From IMG/VR virus record IMGVR_UViG_3300010362_000017: a stretch of DNA of 64,000 nucleotides. One strand, 5' to 3'. This DNA comes from an uncultured virus (IMG/VR IMGVR_UViG_3300010362_000017) (lineage: Duplodnaviria; Heunggongvirae; Uroviricota; Caudoviricetes). Within the stretch, counting starts at the first letter, position 1; every line of letters begins with the position of its first letter. Below, one piece after another: positions 36,701 through 45,006 of the stretch. Position numbers and translations under genes: made by a program. The notes beneath the pieces were generated by a model. It had not been told where the DNA came from. It searched no databases and worked only from the letters and a program-made list of their open reading frames with translations.

Positions 36701-39700
36701 GCACGGGGTTCAGACGCCATCGTCGATACGGGCCGCGCTGGGCTGGGCGTCCGGCAAGGGCCTCTCGATGTGGGATGCGATGGTGGAGACGGTGCGGCGT
36801 GCGATCGGTCTGCCGCCCAGGCTGGCCGGCGAGTTGGACAAGATCATGCAGCCGACGCTGTTGGAGACGGCGCTGACGGTCGGCGAGACCGCGCTGCAGG
36901 CACGCGAGAAGATGGAGGCTCCGGCGCGCCGGGCGATGGCGCGAGAGCGTGAGGAGCCCCGGTTCGAGCCCGGCGCCGAGGGCAAGCCGCAGCAGGTCAT
37001 CCCTGGCGCCGAGCGGCGTGTCGGCGAAGCGCTGCAGCGCAAGGCCGAGGCCCCGCTCAAGCCCAAGGTCGAACAGAAAGGGATGGACTTTGGCCTGTTC
37101 GGCGATGAGCGGAACCAGGGTGACCTGTTCGGCGGGCGCGATGTCAAAGGCAAGGCGCTGATCGTTGACGCCGCCAACGAAGCGCTGACCGACAAGCTGC
37201 GGATGTCGAACCATCCCACGCTGTCGAAGATCGCTGGCTACTTGCCGCGCTACAAGCACTACGGCCCCACCGAGGTGCGGGTGAGGACGCAGGACTACTT
37301 CCTGCGCTGGCGCCGCGCCGCCGAGCAATGGATGCGGGACAATGCGGGAAAGATTCTGCCCGACTGGGCGAACCCGTATCAGGCGGAAGCGCTCTCCCAC
37401 GGCAAGGCCAAGGCCCGGTTGGAAGAGGTGATGGCAAAGTTCAAAGAGCCGTTGGCCAAAGCGGTTAACAAACTTGGCAAGCGGGCCTACGAAGAGGCCG
37501 GCGAGTTCTTTCAGGCCAAGCACGCCATCGAGCGCAACAAGGAACTGCGCAAGATCAATCCGACTTTCACCGATCCCGCCGGCATGTCCGACGCCCAGGC
37601 GCAGGCCATCTTGCAGCGCGTGGCTCGCGATCCACGTCGAGCCTTGTTCGAGGATGCCTACAAGAAGATGCGCTCGCTGATCGACGCCACGCTCGATATG
37701 CAGGTGCGCGATGGGCTGATGTCCCAGCAGATGGCTAACGCCTGGCGCCAGCGCTGGCCGGACTACGTGCCCATGCGCCACACCGAGGTCGGGGACATGA
37801 TCGGCATCGGCCGCGGCCTGGATATCCGTGGCAAGGAAAGCCAGCGCGCGTTCGGCCGGCTGTCGCGCGCAGACAACCCTATTCAATATGCGCTGATGCA
37901 AATGGACCGTGCCATCATCCGCGGTGCCAAGAACGAAGTCGGTGAGGCGGTGAGCAACTTCGTCGAGCGGGCGATCACCTCTGATCCAGCGAACAGGGAC
38001 CTATTCAGCACGACCGAGAAGCCTACCAAGCAGCAGATCAATCCGAAGACCGGGCTGGTCGAGACCGTCGTCGATCCCAACTGGCGCAACGATCCCAACA
38101 TCTTCATCTGGAAAAAATACGGTGCGGAGAAGCACGTCTACTTCAAGGGCGAGTATGGCGGCCAGCTGATCCGCGCGCTCAAGAACATGCAGCAGCAGCA
38201 GGCCGGCGAGTTCGTGCGCGCAATGAGCGCGGCGACGCGGTTCCTGGCAAGGCTCAACACTTCGCTCAACCCCGAGTTCATCATCTCCAACTTCGTCCGT
38301 GACGCCGGCGAGGCGTTCATCAACCTGCCGAAGGACCAGCAGGCGGCGCTGGTCAAATCCTTCCGCAAGAATCTGATCCCGGCGTTGTCGGGCGCGTGGA
38401 AGGGGCAGGACAAGGTGACGCTGCGCGGCGGCAGGTGGGCGCAATGGTATCGTGAGTTCGAGGCAGAGGGCGGCAAGATCGGCTACTACGGGGCCGAGAC
38501 TGCGGAGGAGCATAGCGCCAACTTCCAGAAGATGCTCAAGGACCTGCAGCGCGGCCCGCTCTCTGTGAAAAAGATGGGCAAGACCGTTATCGATGGCATC
38601 GATAAGGTCAACACCACGATAGAGAATGCCACGCGCCTGGCGGTCTACGTCGCGGCGCGCGAGAACGGTATCTCCAAGGCGAAGGCCGCCTTCATGGCGC
38701 GCGAAGCGACGGTCAACTTCAACCGCCGCGGCGAGAGCCGGGCGCTATCCTCGGCCTACATGTTCGCCAACGCCGGGCTGCAGGGCACGGTGCGTGGCGT
38801 ACAGGCGCTCAAAAGTTCCCCTCGCGCGCGGAAAGCGGCGGTGGCGTTGGCGGCCAGCGGCGCTGCGCTCACCACGTACAACATCTTTGCCGGCGGCACG
38901 GACAAGGACGGTCGCTCGTTCTATTCCAAGATACCGCCGTGGGAACGGCAGCTGAACTTCATCTTCATGAACCCCACCGGCAACGGGCAGTACATCAAGA
39001 TACCCAAGCCGTTTTTCTACGGCATGTTCTTTGGCATCGGCGATCACCTGGCGAGCTTCGCGTTTGACAGGAAGACTGCTGCCGACACGGCCAAGGGCAT
39101 ATTCTGGGATGCAGCCAAGGCGGTCGATCCGCTGGGGCAGGACGAAGGCTGGGCGCATTGGGTTCCCACCATTGCCAAGCCGCTCGCGCAGCTGGCGCTC
39201 AACGAGAACCCGTGGGGCAACCCGATCTACCCGGAGGAAAAGGACTACAGCAAGTACAAGTCGAAGGCGGAGGGGTTCCACTTTCGCAGCACATCAGAGC
39301 CAGCCAAGTGGGCCGCAAGGATGCTCAATCAGCTGGGCGGTGGCGACAAGAACGTGCCGGGGAGCATCAACGTGGGCGTCGGCACGATATCCACAGACAT
39401 CCACCCCGAGGTCATCGACTATCTGACGGGCTTCGTGACCGGCGGTCTCGGCCGTTTCGGCATGAACATGTACACGTGGGGAACGCGGCTCTACAACGGC
39501 CAGGAATGGATGCCGGAGAAGACGCCGTTCGTCCGCAGGTTCTACGGCGAGGCCCCGCAGCCGGGAGCCGAGCGCGCGCTCTATGCCGAGCAGCGCAAGG
39601 AGGCCGAGGCAGCGAAGCAGCGCAAGACGCCCGGCCCGGAGATGAGATCGGCGCCGGCGTTCCAGGAGGCGCAGAAAGCCAATAAAAAGCTGTACCAAGA

Positions 39701-39881
39701 GATGGATAAGGTGCAGAAAAACGATAGGCTCTCGGAAGCTGAGAAGGACAAGCGCGTCAAGGCGCTGGAGCAGAAGCAGCTGGACAACATGCTCAAGGCA
39801 CGACGGACGTTGGAGCGCGCCCGTGCTGCGCAAGAGAAGCGCAAGCCGACGTTTGCCGTCGGCGGTCTGGTTCGGATTTGA
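33747..39881 (+). CDS. Large polyvalent ejection protein with zincin-like HExxH domain and C-terminal LPD38-like domain
   Basis: 2044 aa. VLHEATHAAT...HEFIAEVFSNP; NPEFIISNFVRD; TVNFNRRG; YIKIPKPF...PTIAKPLAQLALNEN.WG.PIYP. Confidence 0.75.
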   Translation: MMAEDFFADITEPEPERTEGRPDILAVPERLRPPVRFVPQGVPREPPPPPPPPAPAQEPFYDPMTGAPVRVPGQVVQEPPGKPGFVQGLGEGLGSAVSGAAETGEAMVNRLRGRPLAEPTESFTTAPEVAELPPSQGMFHPYWWGHMLGHGAPAMAAYALPGGAIGAGLATFITEYGPSFRANVEAGVPEDQALRTALQSSGVNAAATAAMFGLPLRVFTQLIGQPTVGGAAQILQNYIAGLPPEDAFRGVGEAMLAGLFAAAPVVAGKGIARVYRRVRGKGAEPKVEGEPEAPPAEPEAPSAEPAAEVPAKTPAAKPAEEAPPTAPTAPTISEPSAPARAPTDADLFDWMVRTGGEGEPPTAAPVQVAAAAPIRVAPPRVEPRVEPPRPPPAEPPRAREPVPEARPEERAPERPAEPPRAQEPDYFSDIGEPPDWVTERLPEPRGERPPEEQLPYDEAAAWARRPEAPEPPRAREPAPKPEEYRPRGALPPAEEIGQSVQPIPGFGGIFKVGDEFVLRDQLGKELGRYATADEARNAARAPPAEEPVAPPQFPEAPAPARVRGAIPGLAPPKGGRAQSLMDFIRQHGIDPNDPMIGDVQAMNLPRGYIRKGGKPLDTLLEAAVEARYIDDPGFRGGGERTSTVDDLLAAMDKDHRARKAKNPEQQVWPQGEEVMRRPGAEERQRSRDLDTTARSIEEAFEKEGISRNELDPNTLRNAAEAMYRREPGYETPLEAYDRAAAWREEVYGEKRTGVRGGREKVYPGGEPRAEPRGEEAPAGPRPREQGPGKARELAREEVRPEALEFAHDVARRQVGREIDFLDSMPLSRVLAGLDFSHLSGAALKTAEWVRNRLTRLVGDTPVHFVAERDIHEFAGHTDPKARVNGFWAQELNTRTSKPDSFIFLNADMMYAGNKAEGVHTVLHEATHAATNAAIDRNAAVRRSIQAMMTALKGKITKGGKPIYAMTDVHEFIAEVFSNPQLQEAMHGVQTPSSIRAALGWASGKGLSMWDAMVETVRRAIGLPPRLAGELDKIMQPTLLETALTVGETALQAREKMEAPARRAMAREREEPRFEPGAEGKPQQVIPGAERRVGEALQRKAEAPLKPKVEQKGMDFGLFGDERNQGDLFGGRDVKGKALIVDAANEALTDKLRMSNHPTLSKIAGYLPRYKHYGPTEVRVRTQDYFLRWRRAAEQWMRDNAGKILPDWANPYQAEALSHGKAKARLEEVMAKFKEPLAKAVNKLGKRAYEEAGEFFQAKHAIERNKELRKINPTFTDPAGMSDAQAQAILQRVARDPRRALFEDAYKKMRSLIDATLDMQVRDGLMSQQMANAWRQRWPDYVPMRHTEVGDMIGIGRGLDIRGKESQRAFGRLSRADNPIQYALMQMDRAIIRGAKNEVGEAVSNFVERAITSDPANRDLFSTTEKPTKQQINPKTGLVETVVDPNWRNDPNIFIWKKYGAEKHVYFKGEYGGQLIRALKNMQQQQAGEFVRAMSAATRFLARLNTSLNPEFIISNFVRDAGEAFINLPKDQQAALVKSFRKNLIPALSGAWKGQDKVTLRGGRWAQWYREFEAEGGKIGYYGAETAEEHSANFQKMLKDLQRGPLSVKKMGKTVIDGIDKVNTTIENATRLAVYVAARENGISKAKAAFMAREATVNFNRRGESRALSSAYMFANAGLQGTVRGVQALKSSPRARKAAVALAASGAALTTYNIFAGGTDKDGRSFYSKIPPWERQLNFIFMNPTGNGQYIKIPKPFFYGMFFGIGDHLASFAFDRKTAADTAKGIFWDAAKAVDPLGQDEGWAHWVPTIAKPLAQLALNENPWGNPIYPEEKDYSKYKSKAEGFHFRSTSEPAKWAARMLNQLGGGDKNVPGSINVGVGTISTDIHPEVIDYLTGFVTGGLGRFGMNMYTWGTRLYNGQEWMPEKTPFVRRFYGEAPQPGAERALYAEQRKEAEAAKQRKTPGPEMRSAPAFQEAQKANKKLYQEMDKVQKNDRLSEAEKDKRVKALEQKQLDNMLKARRTLERARAAQEKRKPTFAVGGLVRI

Positions 39882-40052
39882 GGTCTCACCCGCGGAGGAC
39901 AGCGCGCGCCGGCCGCGCCCGCCGGCAACAGCGGAAAGGAGTCCCACCCGATCGGTTTCCTATAACTACCCCGCACAAGTTGGCAGGGGGCGTCGGCTCA
40001 ACCCCGGCGCCCCCACGTGTTAACATGGGGGCTCGATTCGTAGGGCTTAAAT

Positions 40053-40457
40053 ATGGAGCCGCTAGAGCAGGTGCCACTCGGCCAGCGCGTGATGCTGACC
40101 GTCGCGATTGTCGTGGGACTCCTGCTGCTGCTCGCGCTTATAGGTTGGCTTGGCGGCGGCTGGAACGTCACGGCGGAGGATTATTCTTACGGACTGGCAG
40201 CGGCTGAGGAGCCTCTGACGGCATCGAAGTACGACGAGCGCATATTGGAGCTAGACAAGGAAGCGATCGAGCAAGCCTATCGTGATCAGATCGCGCACTT
40301 GTATTCCGTCTGGCTCAAGTCGGGTGACATAGGGGCGCCTGAGCGTGCGCGGACGGGAGCTATGGGCGCGCGTGCTGCCTTCATCGCCATCATGAAGGCG
40401 CTTGAAAGGCGCGAGGAAGAACTCAAGAAGCTGAGAGAACTGAGCCCGGTGAGGTAG
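40053..40457 (+). CDS. Membrane-anchored protein of the lysis region
   Basis: N-terminal TM helix (VMLTVAIVVGLLLLLALIGWL) followed by a helical domain. Confidence 0.6.
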   Translation: MEPLEQVPLGQRVMLTVAIVVGLLLLLALIGWLGGGWNVTAEDYSYGLAAAEEPLTASKYDERILELDKEAIEQAYRDQIAHLYSVWLKSGDIGAPERARTGAMGARAAFIAIMKALERREEELKKLRELSPVR

Positions 40458-40459
40458 CC

Positions 40460-40657
40460 ATGCCAGGCGCCAGCGAAGAGGTTGCCAAGGTTGCCGCGAC
40501 GACGGTCGAGGCGCTTAAGAGTACCCCGGCAATCCTCGCTCTCGTCCTGTTCAACTTGGCCTTCATGGGGGTGGTCACGTACATCCAGTGGAGCAACGGT
40601 GCGCGCTGGGAGAGGGTGATTGAATTGGTGCTCAAGCAATGCGGAGACGGTAAATGA
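40460..40657 (+). CDS. Small membrane protein, holin candidate
   Basis: TM segment AILALVLFNLAFMGVVTYI; coupled to the endolysin start. Confidence 0.5.
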   Translation: MPGASEEVAKVAATTVEALKSTPAILALVLFNLAFMGVVTYIQWSNGARWERVIELVLKQCGDGK

Positions 40658-42144
40658 CCGACGTTCCTCGCTGGCTTCAGGTGATGAGATCGATTACGGG
40701 CACCGACGAGTACGCGGGCGCCGCCAACAACCCGAAGATCATGGCCTGGGTACAGGCGATCGCGGACGCCTATCCGTTCATGGAGAACTACTGCGACGGC
40801 TACACGGGGGACGATATCGCTTGGTGTGGGTTAACAGTCGCCTACTGCATGACCGAGGCGGATATCCAGCCGGTCTGGGGGCCGACCGACACCGACCGCT
40901 GGCTCTGGGCGCAGGCGTGGGCCGGCAATCAGCAGATGTTCCGGCACACCACCCGGCTGACGCCGGGCACCATCGTAGTGATGACGCGATCGGGCGGCGG
41001 ACATGTGACGCTCTTTGAGGAATGGGACGACGGCATGCTCGTATGCAGGGGCGGGAACCAAAGCGACAGTGTTTGCACCGCCAGGTACGATCCTTCCACG
41101 GTCATCGCCTATTGCTGGCCGGTCGCTGCCGGCGAGCAGCCGCAGATACCCGTGCAGGACAGGCCGCTGCTGGAGGAAGGCGACGAAGGCCCCGACGTCG
41201 TGGACATGCAGGGCATGATCCCGTTCTTCACGGGGGAAGTCGACGGCGATTTCGGGCCAATCACCAACGACAACGTGCTGGTCTACCAGTTCACGCGCGG
41301 GCTGGGTGTCGACGGCCAGTGCGGGCAGCAGACCTGGACGGCGCTCTACGACGATGCGCCGGCTGTGATCAACCCGCCGGCGCCACCGCCCAATCCGTTG
41401 ACGCCGGACCAGCAAGCCGCGATCAAGAAGATCGCCGAGGACAGCGACATCGCGGAGTACGACTGGGAGGACAGAGGCGAGGCCAGTTTCGGATACACCC
41501 AAGGCATGGCCCTGGCGTTCGCCCAGACGTACCTCAAGCTGCAGGCTGGGCACTCTGCCGCGCTCGAAATGACCAAGCCGCGGACCAACAGCGACAAGGA
41601 CGTATTCAATCTCTGGCGTAGCGAGTTTGAGGATGATGGCATGTCGAATGAGGCGAGCACGCCTGCAGCTGATAGGCTGATTCACCTCTACGCCTTCATG
41701 CTGGGCAGCGGGATGAGGGAATCGTCCGGGGTGTACTGTACGGGGAGGGACCAGAGCGCTGGCTCGTCAAGCCAGACCAGCGACACATGTGAGAGTGGGC
41801 TGTTCCAGACTTCGTATAATGCCCACGGCGCCAGCGATCCCGAGTTCGACATGCTGATGGCCGAGTACGGCACAGGACAATCGCCGGGCTACACCGAGAC
41901 CTTTGCGGATGGCGTGTCGTGCGGTTCGAGCGACTGGGAATGTGTCGGCTCTGGGCCTGGTCTGTTGTTCCAACGGCTGTGCAAGATCATGCCGGCGTTC
42001 GCCGTCGAGACGCACGCGCTCACGCTGCGGAACCTGTGCAACCACTACGGTCCCGTGATCAGGTTCGAGGTCGAGCTAAAGCGCGACGCCGCGGCGATGT
42101 TCAAGAAGGTGCAAACCTATTTGGATGGGGCAGCAATGGCATGA
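40654..42144 (+). CDS. Modular endolysin: TIGR02594/CHAP-like domain + peptidoglycan-binding domain + putative lysozyme-like domain
   Basis: PRWL...NPKIMAW...IAWCG...GHV...GGNQSDSV; EGDEGPDV...DGDFGP.T...DG.CG..TW.AL; MRESSG...GLFQTS. Confidence 0.8.
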   Translation: MTDVPRWLQVMRSITGTDEYAGAANNPKIMAWVQAIADAYPFMENYCDGYTGDDIAWCGLTVAYCMTEADIQPVWGPTDTDRWLWAQAWAGNQQMFRHTTRLTPGTIVVMTRSGGGHVTLFEEWDDGMLVCRGGNQSDSVCTARYDPSTVIAYCWPVAAGEQPQIPVQDRPLLEEGDEGPDVVDMQGMIPFFTGEVDGDFGPITNDNVLVYQFTRGLGVDGQCGQQTWTALYDDAPAVINPPAPPPNPLTPDQQAAIKKIAEDSDIAEYDWEDRGEASFGYTQGMALAFAQTYLKLQAGHSAALEMTKPRTNSDKDVFNLWRSEFEDDGMSNEASTPAADRLIHLYAFMLGSGMRESSGVYCTGRDQSAGSSSQTSDTCESGLFQTSYNAHGASDPEFDMLMAEYGTGQSPGYTETFADGVSCGSSDWECVGSGPGLLFQRLCKIMPAFAVETHALTLRNLCNHYGPVIRFEVELKRDAAAMFKKVQTYLDGAAMA

Positions 42145-42263
42145 GACAGCAGGACAGCCGGGAGCGAGTTGAGAAGCGCAAGGAGGTGCGCGCGATCATC
42201 GTGTTCCTGATCATCGCGGTCGTCGCCGCGACGTTGCTGGCCTACCAGTATTTCTGGGGTTAG
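42141..42263 (+). CDS. 40-aa single-TM protein
   Basis: ATGA coupling; AIIVFLIIAVVAATLLAY. Confidence 0.55.
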   Translation: MRQQDSRERVEKRKEVRAIIVFLIIAVVAATLLAYQYFWG

Positions 42264-42487
42264 TGCTGCGCTCCCTTGCTGTCGTCCATGTGCTCTAGCA
42301 CGAAGCGCTGAGCGTGGGCGCGGGCAGCGTCTGCAGTCTTGAATGTCTCGCGACTGATGTAGGCAGCGCCGTCGGCGTAGATGAGCCGTACCTTCCAGCC
42401 GCATTTCTTAGTCTTGAGTTCCATGATTTCGAGCAGCTGCCAGGTGCACAGCATGGGCTCGCCTTCGTGACGCTCTATCTCGATCAT
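42260..42487 (-). CDS. Hypothetical protein
   Basis: MIEIERHEGEP...; coupled to the upstream gene. Confidence 0.5.
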   Translation of the reverse strand: MIEIERHEGEPMLCTWQLLEIMELKTKKCGWKVRLIYADGAAYISRETFKTADAARAHAQRFVLEHMDDSKGAQH

Positions 42488-42669
42488 GGTCGGCACTCCG
42501 GTGGCGGCTTGCCTTCGTCCAGGCAGCGCTGCTGCTTCCATTGCAGGTCTTGCCGGTGGGGATCGAAGCGCAGCGGCGCCGAGCAGGCAAACACAATCAT
42601 CAACAATGCAAGAAGCGCGATCAGGAACAGCGCGTGCAGGAGCCATCGCGGGGGTGGGGGGATTCTCAT
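42484..42669 (-). CDS. Small membrane protein / possible lipoprotein
   Basis: Hydrophobic stretch ending IVFAC. Confidence 0.5.
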   Translation of the reverse strand: MRIPPPPRWLLHALFLIALLALLMIVFACSAPLRFDPHRQDLQWKQQRCLDEGKPPPECRP

Positions 42670-42848
42670 TGCCCCAGTTTACGCTCTAGCTCAGCGACGC
42701 GCTTCTCCAGCCGCTCGAACTTCTGCAAGATGAAGTCCAGCGTGTCGTTGGATTGGTGCTCCAGGGCAAGGATACAGCGGTACAGCCGTCGGTATGCCTT
42801 CTCGCGGGCGGGCTCGTCAGGGCTATGCGTGCGACCGTCGGCGCGCAT
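42666..42848 (-). CDS. Small coiled-coil protein
   Basis: RBS GAGGA; ERLEKRVAELERKL. Confidence 0.5.
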   Translation of the reverse strand: MRADGRTHSPDEPAREKAYRRLYRCILALEHQSNDTLDFILQKFERLEKRVAELERKLGQ

Positions 42849-42849
42849 G

Positions 42850-43023
42850 TTATCCTCGATCGCTGAACCACAACGGGTAGAGGATTTCGATGGCGAGGAT
42901 GCCGAGCACGGCACAGATGGCGGCTCCGGCCAGCCCCTTCCACACACCGTGGTCCCTAACAAGCTCAACCGTGCCGTAGATGAAGCCGACTACGGAGACG
43001 ACGGCGACCAGGTTCCATTTCAT
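42850..43023 (-). CDS. 57-aa two-TM membrane protein absent from the ORF track (MKWNLVAVVSVVGFIY...)
   Basis: ATGA overlap with 43020..43289; fills the gap. Confidence 0.55.
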   Translation of the reverse strand: MKWNLVAVVSVVGFIYGTVELVRDHGVWKGLAGAAICAVLGILAIEILYPLWFSDRG

Positions 43024-43289
43024 TTCGGCCCCAGCAGCAACCTCTCACGTCGGTCCCAGTCGGCCCTCTTGCGGGCGATGAACTCGCGCACGGTCTGCAC
43101 CAGTTCGCGATAGTCGCTGGCGTCGTCGGAGGCCATCTGCTCCAACGCCTCGACCAGGCTGCGTTGCGACGGCATAGTTGGCCGGTCGTAGGGCTCAGGG
43201 CCGTTGCCTTGTCGCGTCGGTTGGCCTGGTGCCTGCCGCATCGCGGCCACGGCCTGCTCACGCTGAGTCTCAGGGGTGTTGATTGCCAT
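43020..43289 (-). CDS. Hypothetical protein
   Basis: RBS AGGAG; helical. Confidence 0.55.
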   Translation of the reverse strand: MAINTPETQREQAVAAMRQAPGQPTRQGNGPEPYDRPTMPSQRSLVEALEQMASDDASDYRELVQTVREFIARKRADWDRRERLLLGPK

Positions 43290-43563
43290 GTCGTTTTCTC
43301 CTTTGCTCTCGCATCCTCTCGATTATTTGCCTGGCTCTCTGCACGCTCTTGTCTTCCAGCGCCTTGCGCTGCTCCTTGTCGGTTGCCTGGCGTACCGTGA
43401 AGCGATCAATGAACACCATGATCCCCGCGCAGTTGATGCACAGGCTGACGTCGCCCTCTTCCGGGCCGTGGTCTTTCCCGTCTGCTTGTGTGCAGGCATC
43501 GAGCTTCTTGCCGCAGTAAGGGCAGATATAGCTGGTGAGAAAGAACGCCCGCCATTCGCCCAT
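43270..43563 (-). CDS. Zn-finger protein (CPYC...CINC)
   Basis: Two CxxC pairs; PEEGDVSLC. Confidence 0.6.
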   Translation of the reverse strand: MGEWRAFFLTSYICPYCGKKLDACTQADGKDHGPEEGDVSLCINCAGIMVFIDRFTVRQATDKEQRKALEDKSVQRARQIIERMREQRRKRHGNQHP

Positions 43564-43583
43564 CTGCGTCCCCCATCGTAAGG

Positions 43584-43613
43584 CCGGACGCGGGGGCCTT
43601 ACCCCGCGCCCGG
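43584..43613. terminator. GC-rich hairpin downstream of the PEP-CTERM-like gene
   Basis: CGCGGGG-GCCTTA-CCCCGCG flanked by CCGG; no U-tract. Confidence 0.35.
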
Positions 43614-43619
43614 TAGCAC

Positions 43620-44330
43620 TTACGCAACGCGACGACGTTTGCGCCAGCGGTTCAAGCCGAACATGCCAAAGCAACCGCTGCCCAGCAGCCACGGCACTAG
43701 ACCGGCGCCGACGATCGGGCCGGGCACACTGACGATACCTTCACTGGTCGCCGTGGTGACTACCTTGCCGATGTCTGGACCGCTATTGAGGAACAGATCA
43801 CCGAGCACCCATGAACCACCGGGAAGTGCCCCGGCGATGTCGATGTTGACCGGCGATGGTCCGCCGCCCTTGTTGCTGAGCGAGTAAGTACCCGCATCGA
43901 ACAAGAAGACAAAGAACCCGGTCGCCAGCGGATCAAACAAGTTGGTCTGATCCAACAGCGTCGTCACCATATTGGGTGGTGCGCCCCCGGCAAGTTGTTC
44001 GCCGAGGTAATTAACCTCCAAGCTCCCGGAGATGAACGCCAGCTGGCTGAACAAACTGAAAGAGCCAGATGACGTGCCGGTCGCGCTGAAGTTGAAGTTG
44101 AAGCCCACGTCGTTGGGCACCAAAATCTTCAGCTGGAGGTCGCCCGAGTTGGGGGGTGCTGAGAACACCTGCAACCCGGAGACAATGCCACCGTTGAGTG
44201 GCACGAAAGCGCCGTTACTGTCACTGCACGTCGAGCAGGTGAGCAGCAACGGATCGAACGTATCGGCTTGCGCCGGCACGGTAAGTGGCAGCAGTAGCGC
44301 CGCTGCCATCGCGTACAATACCTTCCTCAT
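43620..44330 (-). CDS. Secreted protein with PEP-CTERM-like (VPGP) C-terminal sorting signal
   Basis: Sec signal MRKVLYAMAAALLLPLTVPAQA; C-terminus VPGPIVGAGL + TM + RWRKRRR; RBS AGGAGAG. Confidence 0.8.
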   Translation of the reverse strand: MRKVLYAMAAALLLPLTVPAQADTFDPLLLTCSTCSDSNGAFVPLNGGIVSGLQVFSAPPNSGDLQLKILVPNDVGFNFNFSATGTSSGSFSLFSQLAFISGSLEVNYLGEQLAGGAPPNMVTTLLDQTNLFDPLATGFFVFLFDAGTYSLSNKGGGPSPVNIDIAGALPGGSWVLGDLFLNSGPDIGKVVTTATSEGIVSVPGPIVGAGLVPWLLGSGCFGMFGLNRWRKRRRVA

Positions 44331-44361
44331 GTACTCTCCTGTGGAAGGGGGTTGTTGGTTT

Positions 44362-44856
44362 CTATTGCCCATCCATTGTCCTCCGAAAGTACGTAAGCTC
44401 TCCGGGTTTGGTGCGAAGCCCTGCCATCTCCTCTACCTCCCGGCGCAGATCGTTGTGCTCCATGCCGGGGATAATCTCGGTGCAGATCACGTCGAGCATT
44501 CGCTCAGTCAAGAGACGTAGCTGCTCGTCGCCGATCTTTTTCAGGCTTTTCGGGACGACCTCCATTTGGCGTGTATGCGGATCGTATACAGGCTTACTAT
44601 AGCCCACTCTGATCTTGAGTTTCGCCATCGCATCGTCCTTGTCCAAAAAATAATCGGTGTTGTCCGCGGTCTTGTGCACCAGCGCCCACAGGAACTTGAG
44701 CGCGTCCAAGTTACGCTCTGAGGTAATGCGGTGCATCGTTTCCGTGTGCATCGCGACAAGCGCGACGTCCTCCTCCGCCATGACGTTGTTGGGGAAGAAA
44801 CCGACCTCGCCTTTGTGCAGGGCAGGGCGCTTAACGAGCGTAGTTTCGATTGTCAT
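44362..44856 (-). CDS. DUF1367-like recombination-associated protein
   Basis: LKIRVGY...PKSL...ICTEIIPG; directly downstream of ERF. Confidence 0.55.
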   Translation of the reverse strand: MTIETTLVKRPALHKGEVGFFPNNVMAEEDVALVAMHTETMHRITSERNLDALKFLWALVHKTADNTDYFLDKDDAMAKLKIRVGYSKPVYDPHTRQMEVVPKSLKKIGDEQLRLLTERMLDVICTEIIPGMEHNDLRREVEEMAGLRTKPGELTYFRRTMDGQ

Positions 44857-45006
44857 TGCGATCTCCCGGGGCCGGGCGGCGAGTGAGGCCGGATGGCGCG
44901 ACCATCCCGGAGGAGCTACCTCTAACCGTGCCCCACTCGCCGTCCTATCCGCAGCGGCTGCTTGCCTCTAGCCGGGCTTCCAGGATTACCGGCTCGTGCG
45001 GAATCT

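Noticed and set aside
39880..40052. tRNA or tmRNA gene
   Set aside because: Only one hairpin; no cloverleaf could be built.
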